Origin: Syntrophales bacterium
Lineage (GTDB): Bacteria > Desulfobacterota > Syntrophia > Syntrophales > CG2-30-49-12
NCBI GenBank assembly: GCA_030018935.1
Contig: JASEGZ010000004.1
Location: 918 to 64,917, forward strand
DNA length: 64,000 nt
Direction of reading: 5' to 3'
Shown here: piece by piece, positions 17,399 through 27,258 of the stretch
Position numbering within the stretch: the first letter of the stretch is position 1
How the letters are laid out: the number at the start of each line of letters is the position of its first letter
Position numbers and translations under genes: made by a program
The notes under the pieces: generated by a model
The model's database searches: none
What the model was told of the DNA's origin: nothing
What the model saw: only the letters and a program-made list of their open reading frames with translations

Positions 17399-19891
17399 AT
17401 GCAGAGACCACTCATCCCCCTTCTTATCCCCCTGATCGTGGGGATTTCCCTGGGAAATTTCATTCATCTCCCGGATTTGCCCCTGATGGTCTGCCTGATC
17501 ATGGCCATGATTGCCTCGCTGGTTGCCATGATTAAAAAATGGAAAGTCATTATCGGCCTCTCCTTGATCTTCTCTCTATTCCTGGTAGGCATTCTCAACA
17601 TAAACCTCTATCTCTATCAAGAACAGGGGCAAAGACATATCAGTAATTATCTAAGCCCAGAGAAGACCACCATTGATGGCATCATCTGTGAGAACCCGGA
17701 AGTCTCACCTCATAAGACCGAACTGGTCGTCTCCGTCGTCAGGGTAATCAAGGATAAATCCACCATTCCTGCCGAGGGGCGTGTGCTGCTAACTGTGAGG
17801 GATCGCTATCCGTTTAAATACGGGGATTTCATAAGATTCAGGACCAGGCTTAGAATGCCTCATAACTTCAATAATCCCGGTGGTTTTGACTATGAAAGAT
17901 ACCTCCGATACAGGAATATCCTGGTGCGTGGGGCGATAAGTGATCCCTCGGGCATCGTCGTCCTGAGAGAAAACCAGGGAAACCGATGGAAGACAACCCT
18001 GGAACGATTCAGGGGAAAGATAAGAAGGCTCATTCGCGAAAATTCGCCGACACCAGCAGGGGAAATCATACAGGCCATGACCCTGGGGGAACGGAAGGAA
18101 ATCCCGGAAGATGTCCGGGAAAAGTTTAACCGTACAGGCACGTCCCATATCCTGGCCATATCAGGATTCCATGTTGGGATCGTTGCCTTTCTGTCAATCT
18201 ATCTCATCAGGCTGATGATGAAGTCCTCCCCCTATCTCCTTTTGAGATTCAATGCCATCAAGGTCTCCACTTTTGGGGCCTGTGTTCCGATTGTGATATA
18301 TGCCTTCATCGCTGGGATGGGTATCTCCGTCGTCAGGGCCACCATCATGATCGTCACCTTTATGGTCGCCATACTCTTGGGTAGAGAGAGAGACCTGTAT
18401 AACACACTGGCCCTTGCCGCTTTTATTATTCTCGTTGTCTTCCCCCATTCCCTCTTTGATATTTCTTTTCAGCTTTCCTTTACGGCCGTCGCGGCGATTC
18501 TCTTTATCACCCCGAGACTTGTCCTGCTGATCCCAAAAGGCAAGCCTGAAGAGAAAGGCATCTCTTTTTCCAGGAAGGTCTTTAAAGGTATTTTCCTTTT
18601 TATCATGGTATCCCTGAGCGCCACACTCGGTACAGCGCCATTGATCGCCTTTTACTTTAACAGGGTATCGTCCATTTCTCTCCTTGCCAACATCATCGTT
18701 GTCCCTCTGCTGGGTATGATTGCCCTCCCCGTTAGCATGGCCATTATCCTGACAGCCCCGATATCGCCCACACTAACTACCGTCCTTGTCAAGATATCAT
18801 CTTTTCTTGTCAAGATTTCCGTTTCGCTTACTGATTTTTTCGCCTCCCTCCCCGGTTCATCCTTTTTCATAAGTACACCGACATTTACGGAAATGACAGC
18901 CTACTATCTTCTTCTGGTGGCCATGGTAAAACTGACCGATACCTGGAAAGAAAGGAACGGGGAAAGCAAGGAGAGGGAACCAATAAGGAAACGTTTGTGG
19001 CTTGGCTTTGCGCTTGCTGTTCTTGTTATATTCTTTGTGGTTGACGGCATCTACCTTTACGCAAAGGATATCTATACAGATGATCTTAAGGTTACATCAA
19101 TTGATGTGGGACAGGGCAGCTCAACACTCGTCCGGTTTCCCGGTGGTAAAAAGATGCTTATAGATGGCGGAGGGTTTGCCGACAATGGTTTCGATATAGG
19201 AAAATACGTCCTTGCCCCCTTCCTCCGGCATGAAAGGATAAAAAAAGTAGATACCGTTGTCCTGACCCACCCCCACCCGGACCACCTGGGCGGCCTGATC
19301 TATATTCTCGAAAACTTTGCCGTCAGGGAAGTATGGGCAAACGGTGAGGTTTCAGGGACTGACGCATATAAAGATTTCATGAAGATTATCAGGGAAAAGA
19401 AGATCCATTACCGGCTCGTGTCGGAGGAAACACCGGAGGAGAAAATCGGTAACATCCTGCTCAGGATATTAAACCCTAAACACCCGATCGTCGGAGGGAA
19501 TGATCGTTTTCAGGGATTCGATGTGACAAACAACAATGCCCTCGTTTTGAAGCTCACATACGGAAATTGCAGTTTTCTTCTGCCTGCAGACATCTCAGAA
19601 CCATCAGAGACCCGTCTTATTATAGAGGGGAAAGACATCAGGAGTCAGGTCATCTTAGTTCCCCATCATGGAGGGTTCTTGTCCAGTACATTTCCCTTTC
19701 TTGCCCGTGTCCGCCCTGAGATTGCCATTATAAGCTGCGGTGCCGACAACATCTTCCGTCTCCCCCACTCTGATGTCCTCAAAAGATACGAAATGTTAGG
19801 TGCAAAGATATACAGAACCGACAGAGACGGAGCCATTACCATTACTACTGATGGTAGGAGGTTAGAAACGAAGGTCTTCAAAGAGAGTTGA
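17399..19891 (+). CDS. comEC: DNA internalization-related competence protein ComEC/Rec2
   Basis: 830 aa. N-terminal OB/DUF4131-like region, polytopic competence domain (TGTSHILAISGFHVG) and a C-terminal metallo-beta-lactamase domain (LTHPHPDHLGG). Confidence 0.88.
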   Translation: MQRPLIPLLIPLIVGISLGNFIHLPDLPLMVCLIMAMIASLVAMIKKWKVIIGLSLIFSLFLVGILNINLYLYQEQGQRHISNYLSPEKTTIDGIICENPEVSPHKTELVVSVVRVIKDKSTIPAEGRVLLTVRDRYPFKYGDFIRFRTRLRMPHNFNNPGGFDYERYLRYRNILVRGAISDPSGIVVLRENQGNRWKTTLERFRGKIRRLIRENSPTPAGEIIQAMTLGERKEIPEDVREKFNRTGTSHILAISGFHVGIVAFLSIYLIRLMMKSSPYLLLRFNAIKVSTFGACVPIVIYAFIAGMGISVVRATIMIVTFMVAILLGRERDLYNTLALAAFIILVVFPHSLFDISFQLSFTAVAAILFITPRLVLLIPKGKPEEKGISFSRKVFKGIFLFIMVSLSATLGTAPLIAFYFNRVSSISLLANIIVVPLLGMIALPVSMAIILTAPISPTLTTVLVKISSFLVKISVSLTDFFASLPGSSFFISTPTFTEMTAYYLLLVAMVKLTDTWKERNGESKEREPIRKRLWLGFALAVLVIFFVVDGIYLYAKDIYTDDLKVTSIDVGQGSSTLVRFPGGKKMLIDGGGFADNGFDIGKYVLAPFLRHERIKKVDTVVLTHPHPDHLGGLIYILENFAVREVWANGEVSGTDAYKDFMKIIREKKIHYRLVSEETPEEKIGNILLRILNPKHPIVGGNDRFQGFDVTNNNALVLKLTYGNCSFLLPADISEPSETRLIIEGKDIRSQVILVPHHGGFLSSTFPFLARVRPEIAIISCGADNIFRLPHSDVLKRYEMLGAKIYRTDRDGAITITTDGRRLETKVFKES

Positions 19892-20017
19892 CCTTTAAAG
19901 ATGTAACCACCCATCCTCCAGTGATCCTGTGGGAGGGACTGGTTTTTTTCGCTTCTCTCCTTGTAATTGAATCAGTAGTTCTGTATATCTTTTAAAAACA
20001 TTAGGGACTTGTAAGAG

Positions 20018-20484
20018 ATGAGACAGATTGACCTCATGATCTTTGATTTTGACGGGACACTTGTCAATTCGGGGGGAGACATTGTTGCCTCGGTGAACTA
20101 TACCCTGGAGAGTCTTAAAATGCCGGTGATGGAACCGGAAGTTATTATTGGTTTCGTGGGAGATGGGGTGCAAAAACTGATCGAAAGGTCCCTCGGCCAC
20201 GATTTTCAGGATCAATTTGATAAAGCGATGGAGATATTTACGGCCTATTACGCTGAACATATGCTGGATACAACAACTTTTTACCCCGGAGTTCCTGACA
20301 TTCTTCAATATTTTCATGATAAGTTGTCATTGGCGATGGCATCAATGATATTCTCCTCGCCAGAACCACAGGGGTATTAAGTTGTGCCTTCTTAAACGGA
20401 TTGGGGCGGAGGGATGCTCTCCTTGCCCAAAGGCCTGATTTTATCTGTGAAGACCTCTCGGAATTGAGGTCATTGTTCTGCTGA
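20018..20484 (+). pseudogene. HAD-superfamily phosphatase (phosphoglycolate-phosphatase-like) with internal deletion and frameshift
   Basis: N-part has motif I (IFDFDGTLVNS) and the cap region. It stops at 20380. A different frame from 20332 encodes motif IV and the C-terminus (GDGINDILLARTTGV...FICEDLSEL), ending at TGA 20482-20484. The motif II/III region (~60 aa) is absent. Confidence 0.7.
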
Positions 20485-20499
20485 GACCCGATATTTGTC

Positions 20500-21948
20500 A
20501 TGATAAAAAAGGTAAGGGAAACCATAAAAAAATACCATATGCTCGAGAGGGGAGATATGGTAATTGTGGCAGTCTCCGGTGGGCCGGATTCTGTAGCACT
20601 TTTAAAGGCTCTGGATATTTTTTCGGATGAATATAGACTTACAATAATTACTGCCCATCTCAACCACGGGCTGAGGGGTGAGGAGTCCAATAACGATGAG
20701 AAATTTGTGCGGAAACTCAGCGAATCCATGGGCATTGAATTTGAGTGCAAATATGTGGATATTCCCTCTCTCCGGCAGGGGAGGGGAAGGTCCATAGAGG
20801 AGATTGCGAGAGAGGAGAGGTATCAATTTCTTGCTGAGATGGCCCGAAAACACCAGGCCCATAAAATTGCCCTCGGGCATCATCTCTATGATCAGGCCGA
20901 GACGGTGTTGATGAATTTCATCCGTGGCAGCGGTATGGAGGGTTTAAAAGGGATTCTCCCCGTGCGGGAGGGTATGTATATCAGACCCCTTATTGCCGTT
21001 ACCAGAGGAGAGATTGTGGGTTTTCTCGAAAAGGAGGGCATCCGATTTGTTATAGACAGTTCCAATACCCATGACCTCTATTTCAGGAACAGGATTAGAC
21101 ATCATTTGATACCGGAATTAAAGGAGCATTACAATCCTAAGATAGAGGAAAGCCTTGCCCATATGGCAGAGATCATCCGTCTGGAAGATGAGTATATGAA
21201 AACATCTCTAAAGGAGGTTCTGTCAGGATGGGAGGTCGGTGAGGGCAATGGGGAGGAGGTTAGGATTAACATTCCCGAATTTTTCGTGCTCCACGAGGCT
21301 GTACAGAACCGGGCAATAAAGACTCTCCTCCAGCGATTTTCCCCATCGGGAGGCGGCATTGGCTATGTTCATGTCAAATCAGTGACAGATTTGCTCCGTA
21401 GTGGTTGTCCTCACGGCTGTTTGCATCTTCCCTTTAACATTAAGGTAAGGCGTGAGTATGATTTGCTTGTCATCTCCAGACGAAAGAGATCGGAGGGCAA
21501 GCTCATGCGGGAATTATCAGGTGATTACGATCTCTGTTTTAGTTCTCCTGATGCGGACATCGGCCGGTTTTCTTATGATGTTGCGATACCCGGCAGGGTT
21601 GAGATCCTTGAACTGGGTATGACGATGGTGTTTGATATTGTAGATAAACCTCTTAACGGTATCTATTTTAATGGGGAAAAGATCGCCTACATGGACTTGG
21701 AAGCGATAAAATTTCCGCTGGTCATAAGAAATTTAAGGCCGGGAGACAGGATCCAACCTCTCGGTATGGAGGGGACAAAAAACTTAAAGTGTTACTTTAT
21801 TGATGAAAAGATTCCCCAGTGTGAGAGAAGAAGAATCCCCTTGTTGGTTGATGATCAATCTGTGCTATGGATTGGGGGAATGAGGTTAAGCGAGCGGGTA
21901 AAAATCACCGATAAAACGAGAAGGGTGGTGAAGGTAGAAATTGTTTGA
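20500..21948 (+). CDS. tilS: tRNA(Ile)-lysidine synthase
   Basis: PP-loop VAVSGGPDS, AHLNHGLRG, and a C-terminal TilS substrate domain. Sits upstream of ftsH as in many bacteria. Confidence 0.9.
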   Translation: MIKKVRETIKKYHMLERGDMVIVAVSGGPDSVALLKALDIFSDEYRLTIITAHLNHGLRGEESNNDEKFVRKLSESMGIEFECKYVDIPSLRQGRGRSIEEIAREERYQFLAEMARKHQAHKIALGHHLYDQAETVLMNFIRGSGMEGLKGILPVREGMYIRPLIAVTRGEIVGFLEKEGIRFVIDSSNTHDLYFRNRIRHHLIPELKEHYNPKIEESLAHMAEIIRLEDEYMKTSLKEVLSGWEVGEGNGEEVRINIPEFFVLHEAVQNRAIKTLLQRFSPSGGGIGYVHVKSVTDLLRSGCPHGCLHLPFNIKVRREYDLLVISRRKRSEGKLMRELSGDYDLCFSSPDADIGRFSYDVAIPGRVEILELGMTMVFDIVDKPLNGIYFNGEKIAYMDLEAIKFPLVIRNLRPGDRIQPLGMEGTKNLKCYFIDEKIPQCERRRIPLLVDDQSVLWIGGMRLSERVKITDKTRRVVKVEIV

Positions 21949-22030
21949 AATAATAAAAAAGTTATTATAAAAAACCTCCAAGCATAAAGTCATAACAAAG
22001 AAATTATAAGTATAAAAAGGAGAAGCAGCA

Positions 22031-23884
22031 TTGAATCCCTTACAAAAAAATATTGTGCTCTGGCTTGTCGTCAGCCTTTTATTTGTGTTTTTGTACCATC
22101 TTTTTAACCAACCGGAAAGCGTGCGGAAAGATATTATCTTCAGTGAGTTTGTAAACTATGCGCAAAAGGGACAGGTCGTCAAAGTGACGATACAGGGAGA
22201 TAACATTACCGGTGACTTGAGAGATGGGATAAGATTCAAGACCTATGCTCCGAAGGATGCAGGGATAATTCCCCTTTTGAAGGAAAAAGGCGTTCGGATT
22301 GCAGCCAAACCCGTTGATGATTCTCCCTGGTACATGACCATCCTGATATCCTGGTTTCCTATGCTCTTTCTGATCGGTGTATGGATATTCTTCATGCGCC
22401 AGATGCAAGCAGGCGGAGGCAAGGCGATGGCCTTCGGAAAAAGCAGGGCAAGGCTCGTGACGGATAAGACAAATAAGGTAACTTTTGCAGATGTTGCGGG
22501 CATTGACGAAGCAAAGGCGGAACTGGAAGAGATAATTGACTTTTTAAAGGATCCCAAGAAATTTACGAGATTGGGGGGGCGGATACCCAAAGGGGTGCTT
22601 CTCGTAGGGGCGCCCGGCACGGGAAAGACCCTGTTGGCCAAGGCAATTGCCGGTGAGGCAGATGTCCCTTTTCTCAGTATCAGCGGCTCCGATTTCGTCG
22701 AGATGTTTGTCGGGGTGGGGGCGTCACGTGTAAGGGACCTCTTCACCCAGGGGAAGAAAAGCGCCCCCTGTATTATTTTTATTGACGAGATAGATGCCGT
22801 GGGGAGACACAGGGGCGCCGGACTGGGCGGTGGACACGACGAAAGGGAACAGACCCTTAATCAACTCCTCGTTGAAATGGACGGGTTTGAATCGGCGGAA
22901 GGGGTGATTCTCGTGTCAGCGACCAACAGACCGGATGTCCTTGACCCCGCCCTGTTGAGACCGGGACGTTTTGACAGGATGGTAATTGTTCCCCTTCCCG
23001 ATGTCAAGGGGAGAGAGAAGATATTTGAGGTGCATGCGAGAAAGACGCCCCTTGCCGATGACGTGGATTTTAGTGTCATTAGCCGGGGAACGCCTGGCTT
23101 TTCAGGGGCCGATATAGAAAACCTGATCAATGAAGCTGTCCTGAATGCGGCAAGGCTGGATAAAGATAAGGTTACCATGAGTGACTTCGAGTACGCCAAG
23201 GACAGGGTCCTCATGGGTACAGAGAGAAAGAGCATGGTGATCAGCGATGAGGAAAAGAGGAACACGGCCTACCATGAATCGGGACATGCCCTCGTGGCAA
23301 GGTTGTTGCCGGGGACTGACCCGATCCATAAGGTGACGATCATCCCCCGGGGGAGGGCGTTGGGTCTAACCCAGCAGTTGCCGATAGACGAGAAACACAC
23401 CTATCCGAAGAAATATCTGGTGAATAATATTGCCATTCTTTTAGGTGGCAGGGCAGCGGAAGAACTGGTTTTAGAGGACTTTACCACTGGTGCAGGAAAC
23501 GACATTGAACGGGCGACGGATCTGGCCAGGAAGATGGTTTGTGAATGGGGGATGAGCGAGGAAATGGGGCCCTTGAGTTACGGGAAAAAGGAGGAACAGA
23601 TCTTTTTAGGGCGCGAATTTGCAACGCATAAAGATTACAGCGAAGAAACGGCGGAAAAAATAGACAGAGAAATAACCCGGATTGTTTCTGATTGTTACGA
23701 AAATGCAAGGAAACTTCTGTCAGATAATATGGACATTCTGAATAAGCTGGCTTCGGAGTTACTCGAAAAAGAGGTCTTAAACGCCCAGGAGATTGATGCC
23801 ATCGTGGGGATCAAAACATCCGATGGTTCAAAGAGGTCAGCGATCGGTAAAGTGCGTATGCGTAAGAAGGACTTGAAAATTTGA
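22031..23884 (+). CDS. ftsH: ATP-dependent zinc metalloprotease FtsH
   Basis: Two TM segments, GPPGTGKT-type [23 protein letters not shown] region, and the zinc site HESGHAL. TTG start after AAGGAGAA. Confidence 0.95.
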   Translation: MNPLQKNIVLWLVVSLLFVFLYHLFNQPESVRKDIIFSEFVNYAQKGQVVKVTIQGDNITGDLRDGIRFKTYAPKDAGIIPLLKEKGVRIAAKPVDDSPWYMTILISWFPMLFLIGVWIFFMRQMQAGGGKAMAFGKSRARLVTDKTNKVTFADVAGIDEAKAELEEIIDFLKDPKKFTRLGGRIPKGVLLVGAPGTGKTLLAKAIAGEADVPFLSISGSDFVEMFVGVGASRVRDLFTQGKKSAPCIIFIDEIDAVGRHRGAGLGGGHDEREQTLNQLLVEMDGFESAEGVILVSATNRPDVLDPALLRPGRFDRMVIVPLPDVKGREKIFEVHARKTPLADDVDFSVISRGTPGFSGADIENLINEAVLNAARLDKDKVTMSDFEYAKDRVLMGTERKSMVISDEEKRNTAYHESGHALVARLLPGTDPIHKVTIIPRGRALGLTQQLPIDEKHTYPKKYLVNNIAILLGGRAAEELVLEDFTTGAGNDIERATDLARKMVCEWGMSEEMGPLSYGKKEEQIFLGREFATHKDYSEETAEKIDREITRIVSDCYENARKLLSDNMDILNKLASELLEKEVLNAQEIDAIVGIKTSDGSKRSAIGKVRMRKKDLKI

Positions 23885-23892
23885 TAAGAGAT

Positions 23893-24750
23893 ATGAATAC
23901 CACGGGTGATTCCTTTATTCTCAAGACCTGGAAACGGGAGATGACCATCGGGGATCGCACATGGATCATGGGGATCATCAATGTGACACCCGACTCCTTC
24001 TCTGATGGAGGGTGTTTCCAATCACCGGAGGAGGCTGTTGAATCTGGTGTCCGGATGGTCGAGGAAGGGGCAGATATCGTTGATGTAGGCGGTGAATCTT
24101 CCAGGCCCGGAGCAGAGCCGGTCTCCCTAAAAGAAGAGTTGAGAAGAGTGATCCCGGTAATAGAGGGTCTTGTTAAAAGGGTCACCGTTCCCATTTCCGT
24201 GGATACCACCAAGGCGGAGGTGGCTAGGGAGGCTGTTGCCTCCGGGGCAGAGATAATCAATGATATCAGCGCCATGAGATTTGATGATCAGATGCCTGTA
24301 ATTGTGGCGGCCACCGGAGCGGCTGTTATCCTCATGCATATGAAGGGAACACCGAAGGATATGCAGAAGGGGGACTTGACTTACCGGTCTCTTCTGCCTG
24401 ACATTACTGAATTTCTGAGAGTGAGAATGGAAAGGGCAAAATCCGCGGGCGTAGAACTTGAGCGTATGATGATTGATCCAGGTCTCGGTTTCGGAAAAAC
24501 GGCAGAGGACAATATGAAACTGCTGAGGTACCTTTCCGCGTTTAAGGTACTGGGAAGGCCGATTGTAACAGGGGCATCACGAAAGTCATTTATCGGTAAA
24601 GTAATAGGTGGCGAACCCCATGATCGTCTGGAGGGAACAGCCGTGGCGTTGACTGTTGCCATCATGAACGGGAGCCATGTCGTGAGGGTGCATGATGTTG
24701 GGGCCATGAAGAAGGTCGCGGCAATGGCTGATGCGATACTCAGGGCGTAG
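23893..24750 (+). CDS. folP: dihydropteroate synthase
   Basis: IMGIINVTPDSFSDGG, DVGGESSRPG, SVDT, INDISA and GASRKSF blocks. The start is uncertain within 23881-23893. Confidence 0.92.
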   Translation: MNTTGDSFILKTWKREMTIGDRTWIMGIINVTPDSFSDGGCFQSPEEAVESGVRMVEEGADIVDVGGESSRPGAEPVSLKEELRRVIPVIEGLVKRVTVPISVDTTKAEVAREAVASGAEIINDISAMRFDDQMPVIVAATGAAVILMHMKGTPKDMQKGDLTYRSLLPDITEFLRVRMERAKSAGVELERMMIDPGLGFGKTAEDNMKLLRYLSAFKVLGRPIVTGASRKSFIGKVIGGEPHDRLEGTAVALTVAIMNGSHVVRVHDVGAMKKVAAMADAILRA

Positions 24751-24816
24751 GAGGGGATAGGACTATGGATTGAAGAGAGCGAGGACTCCCAACCAGTTGA
24801 GAACCTACCTAATAAG

Positions 24817-24980
24817 AGGAAGATTTCCTTGATACCCTTCTGCAAAGGTCCAGAAGGCCGCCTCCATACCGTGAAGATGTAGCACAGATCACGGAGGGGA
24901 TTTTCTGTGTTCGTCGTATACTTGAAGGTGGAACGGACCTACGATGCATTCAGAAACTTTTAAGATATAAGAGTTTAGAG
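24817..24980 (+). pseudogene. tyrosine recombinase/integrase remnant (frameshifted fragments)
   Basis: One frame gives ...CKGPEGRLHTV... (GKGxKxRxVP-like). Another gives ILEGGTDLRCIQKLLRYKSLE, the conserved LLExGxDLRxIQxLLGHxSLxTT box preceding the catalytic Tyr. There is no intact ORF. Confidence 0.4.
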
Positions 24981-25146
24981 GTGATAGGTGACAAAAATTG
25001 CCAAGAGGAAGGGGGATTCTGGGGGCTCACCCAGAATCGGAATATACGAAATACATTCGTTTATACCCCCAAAATTGAGGGGATATACGAAGTAAGTGCA
25101 TCAACAACGAAGTTAGCTGCAATTTGTCGCCTAAGGAGAAAACGTA

Positions 25147-26490
25147 ATGAATGAAGAAGCAAGTCAACTAAATGAACTTGAGTTCGATGAATCACAAGAG
25201 GAGGAAAACGAACAACTCCCATTTGAAAGAAAGATTTATACTGACAAAGGCGACCCTGAAGTGGAATCTCTTCATGGGAAATACAAGAGAGGGAAGCTTG
25301 ATATACAGCCGGATTTCCAAAGGTATTTTGTTTGGGACACAAAAAAGTCCAGCCGACTAATAGAATCTGCTCTATTAGATATACCCCTACCAGTCATATA
25401 TCTATCTGAAGAACAAGATGGTAAGGAATACGCTATTGATGGGCAGCAAAGGTTAACTGCCTTTTTCTCTTATATTGACGGTAAGTTTCCAGATGGGCGA
25501 GATTTCAGGTTGAATGGCTTAAAGGTCTTCACAGAACTTAATCGTAAGTCTTTTAAAGAAATTGATGACAAATTACAGGACAAGATAAGGTATTGCAAAA
25601 TCCATGCAATAACATTCAAAAAAGATTCGGACATAAATCTAAAATTTGAAATATTTGAGAGGCTGAATACCGGGGCTGTCTCCTTAAATGATCAAGAGCT
25701 ACGAAATTGTATATACAGGGGTCCATACAACGATTTATTGAAGGAGCTTTCGCAAGACATTGATTTTTTAAATCTTTTGGGCTTAAAGAGTTACGAGAAA
25801 AGAATGAGAGACATTGAGCTTGTCCTCCGGTTCGCCTCCTTTTTTCATTCAACCTATCTCAACTATAAGCCACCGATAAGAAAGTTTCTTAACGACGACA
25901 TGGAGAAACACCAATTCATAAGAGCAAAAGAAGCTTCCGAGCTAAAAAATGCCTTCAAGAATGCTGTGATGATAATCAAATCACTTTTTGACGATCACGC
26001 ATTCAAAAGATTCTACAAGGGGACCGACAAGAATCCAAACGGTTATTGGGAGCCCAAGAAGTTCAATGCCTCCTTATATGATATTTTAATGTATAGCTGT
26101 GGTAGAGAGGACAAAAACAAGATTTATCAGAATTTAGATTCTGTTAGGGAAGCGCTTATTGATCTTATGACAAAAGACCAAGAATTTATAGATTCGATAG
26201 AACTCTCAACGAGCAGCGTTCAAGCCGTTACGAAACGATTTGATAAATGGAGGCTTACACTTCAAGAGATAATTGGCATTGCCCAGAAAGAACCTCGTTG
26301 CTTTTCTTTGAACTTAAAGAAAGAACTTTACAAAACCCCTACTTGTGAGATCTGCAAACAAGAGATACATAATATTGACGATGCAGCGATTGATCATGTT
26401 GAACAATATTGGAAAGGTGGGATGACAATTCCTGAAAACGCCCGACTAACACATAGGTACTGCAATTGGGCAAGACGAAGAAAAGATTAA
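25147..26490 (+). CDS. DUF262 (ParB-like NTPase/nuclease fold) protein with C-terminal HNH nuclease, GmrSD/BrxU-like
   Basis: N-terminal IQPDFQRYFVW...ESALLDIPLPVIYL...AIDGQQRLTAF and FERLNTGAVSLNDQELRN (DUF262 motifs). C-terminal CEIC...DHV...N..L.H..CN (HNH). The gene is visibly AT-richer than its flanks. Confidence 0.8.
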   Translation: MNEEASQLNELEFDESQEEENEQLPFERKIYTDKGDPEVESLHGKYKRGKLDIQPDFQRYFVWDTKKSSRLIESALLDIPLPVIYLSEEQDGKEYAIDGQQRLTAFFSYIDGKFPDGRDFRLNGLKVFTELNRKSFKEIDDKLQDKIRYCKIHAITFKKDSDINLKFEIFERLNTGAVSLNDQELRNCIYRGPYNDLLKELSQDIDFLNLLGLKSYEKRMRDIELVLRFASFFHSTYLNYKPPIRKFLNDDMEKHQFIRAKEASELKNAFKNAVMIIKSLFDDHAFKRFYKGTDKNPNGYWEPKKFNASLYDILMYSCGREDKNKIYQNLDSVREALIDLMTKDQEFIDSIELSTSSVQAVTKRFDKWRLTLQEIIGIAQKEPRCFSLNLKKELYKTPTCEICKQEIHNIDDAAIDHVEQYWKGGMTIPENARLTHRYCNWARRRKD

Positions 26491-26491
26491 T

Positions 26492-26610
26492 CGGCAACAA
26501 ACATGCAGATAACAACGGCACAAACGCATTCTTCAAAAACCCTATCGGCTTCGTCTGTGCCGCACACGGTTATTGTTATTGTACATGTGCTGAACAATTG
26601 CCGACTTTTT
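26492..26610 (+). terminator. long imperfect palindrome plus T-run after the DUF262-HNH gene
   Basis: Left arm 26492-26522 (CGGCAACAAACATGCAGATAACAACGGCACA) pairs imperfectly with 26556-26603 (TGTGCCG...CAATTGCCG), followed by CTTTTT. Could equally be a recombination site. Confidence 0.35.
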
Positions 26611-26629
26611 GGTTGGAAGGAACTGAATC

Positions 26630-26929
26630 TTGAAATATCGTATCGAATATTCTCCTGATACCGAAGAACATTTTCGATTCCTGATAAAACGTCAGCAAGT
26701 GACTGTACTGGACACAGTGGAAAAACAACTTCAATATCAGCCTAATGTCGAGACAAGAAACCGTAAGCCTATGCGACCTAATCCATTTGCTCCTTGGGAA
26801 TTAAGAATCGGAAATCTTCGTGTTTATTATGATATTGAAGACAAGCCTGAGCGTGTTGTCTATATACGTGCTGTTGGAATCAAGGAAAGGAATAATGTTA
26901 GAATTGGAAAAGAGGAGATAAAGCTATGA
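26630..26929 (+). CDS. type II toxin, RelE/ParE family
   Basis: 99 aa. PWELRIGNLRVYYDIEDKPERVVYIRAVG is the typical RelE/ParE core. TTG start, with a 4-nt overlap (ATGA) with the downstream antitoxin gene. Confidence 0.75.
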   Translation: MKYRIEYSPDTEEHFRFLIKRQQVTVLDTVEKQLQYQPNVETRNRKPMRPNPFAPWELRIGNLRVYYDIEDKPERVVYIRAVGIKERNNVRIGKEEIKL

Positions 26930-27204
26930 AAACCGTTGAAGTCTCAAAAGCAACCTTACCACTTGCAGATTACACAAAAAAGGTAAAAAAAGAACCTGTA
27001 ATTATTACTCGTGAGGGGAAACCTGTGGCAGCCTTGGTGGGTATCAGCAATGCAGACATCGAGACCGTTTCTCTTAGCAATAACCCAAAGTTTCTTAATC
27101 TAATTGAGCGGTCACGGGCAAGACAAAAATCTGAGGGTGGAATTTCCACAGAAGAAATGCGTTGTCGGCTGGAGAAACAAAAACGTTTGGCACACGTCCG
27201 ATAA
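26926..27204 (+). CDS. type II antitoxin, Phd/YefM family
   Basis: 92 aa. N-terminal KEPVIITREGKPVAALVGI is the Phd/YefM fold signature. Confidence 0.7.
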   Translation: MKTVEVSKATLPLADYTKKVKKEPVIITREGKPVAALVGISNADIETVSLSNNPKFLNLIERSRARQKSEGGISTEEMRCRLEKQKRLAHVR

Positions 27205-27258
27205 CAGAGCACAAACGGCTAAAGGCCCAAACAATGCAACCCGCAAAAGGATTGAGAA

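Noticed and set aside
19895-20317. 140-aa minus-strand ORF after comEC
   Set aside because: It is antisense to the recognisable HAD phosphatase remnant and has no domain signature. It is probably non-coding.
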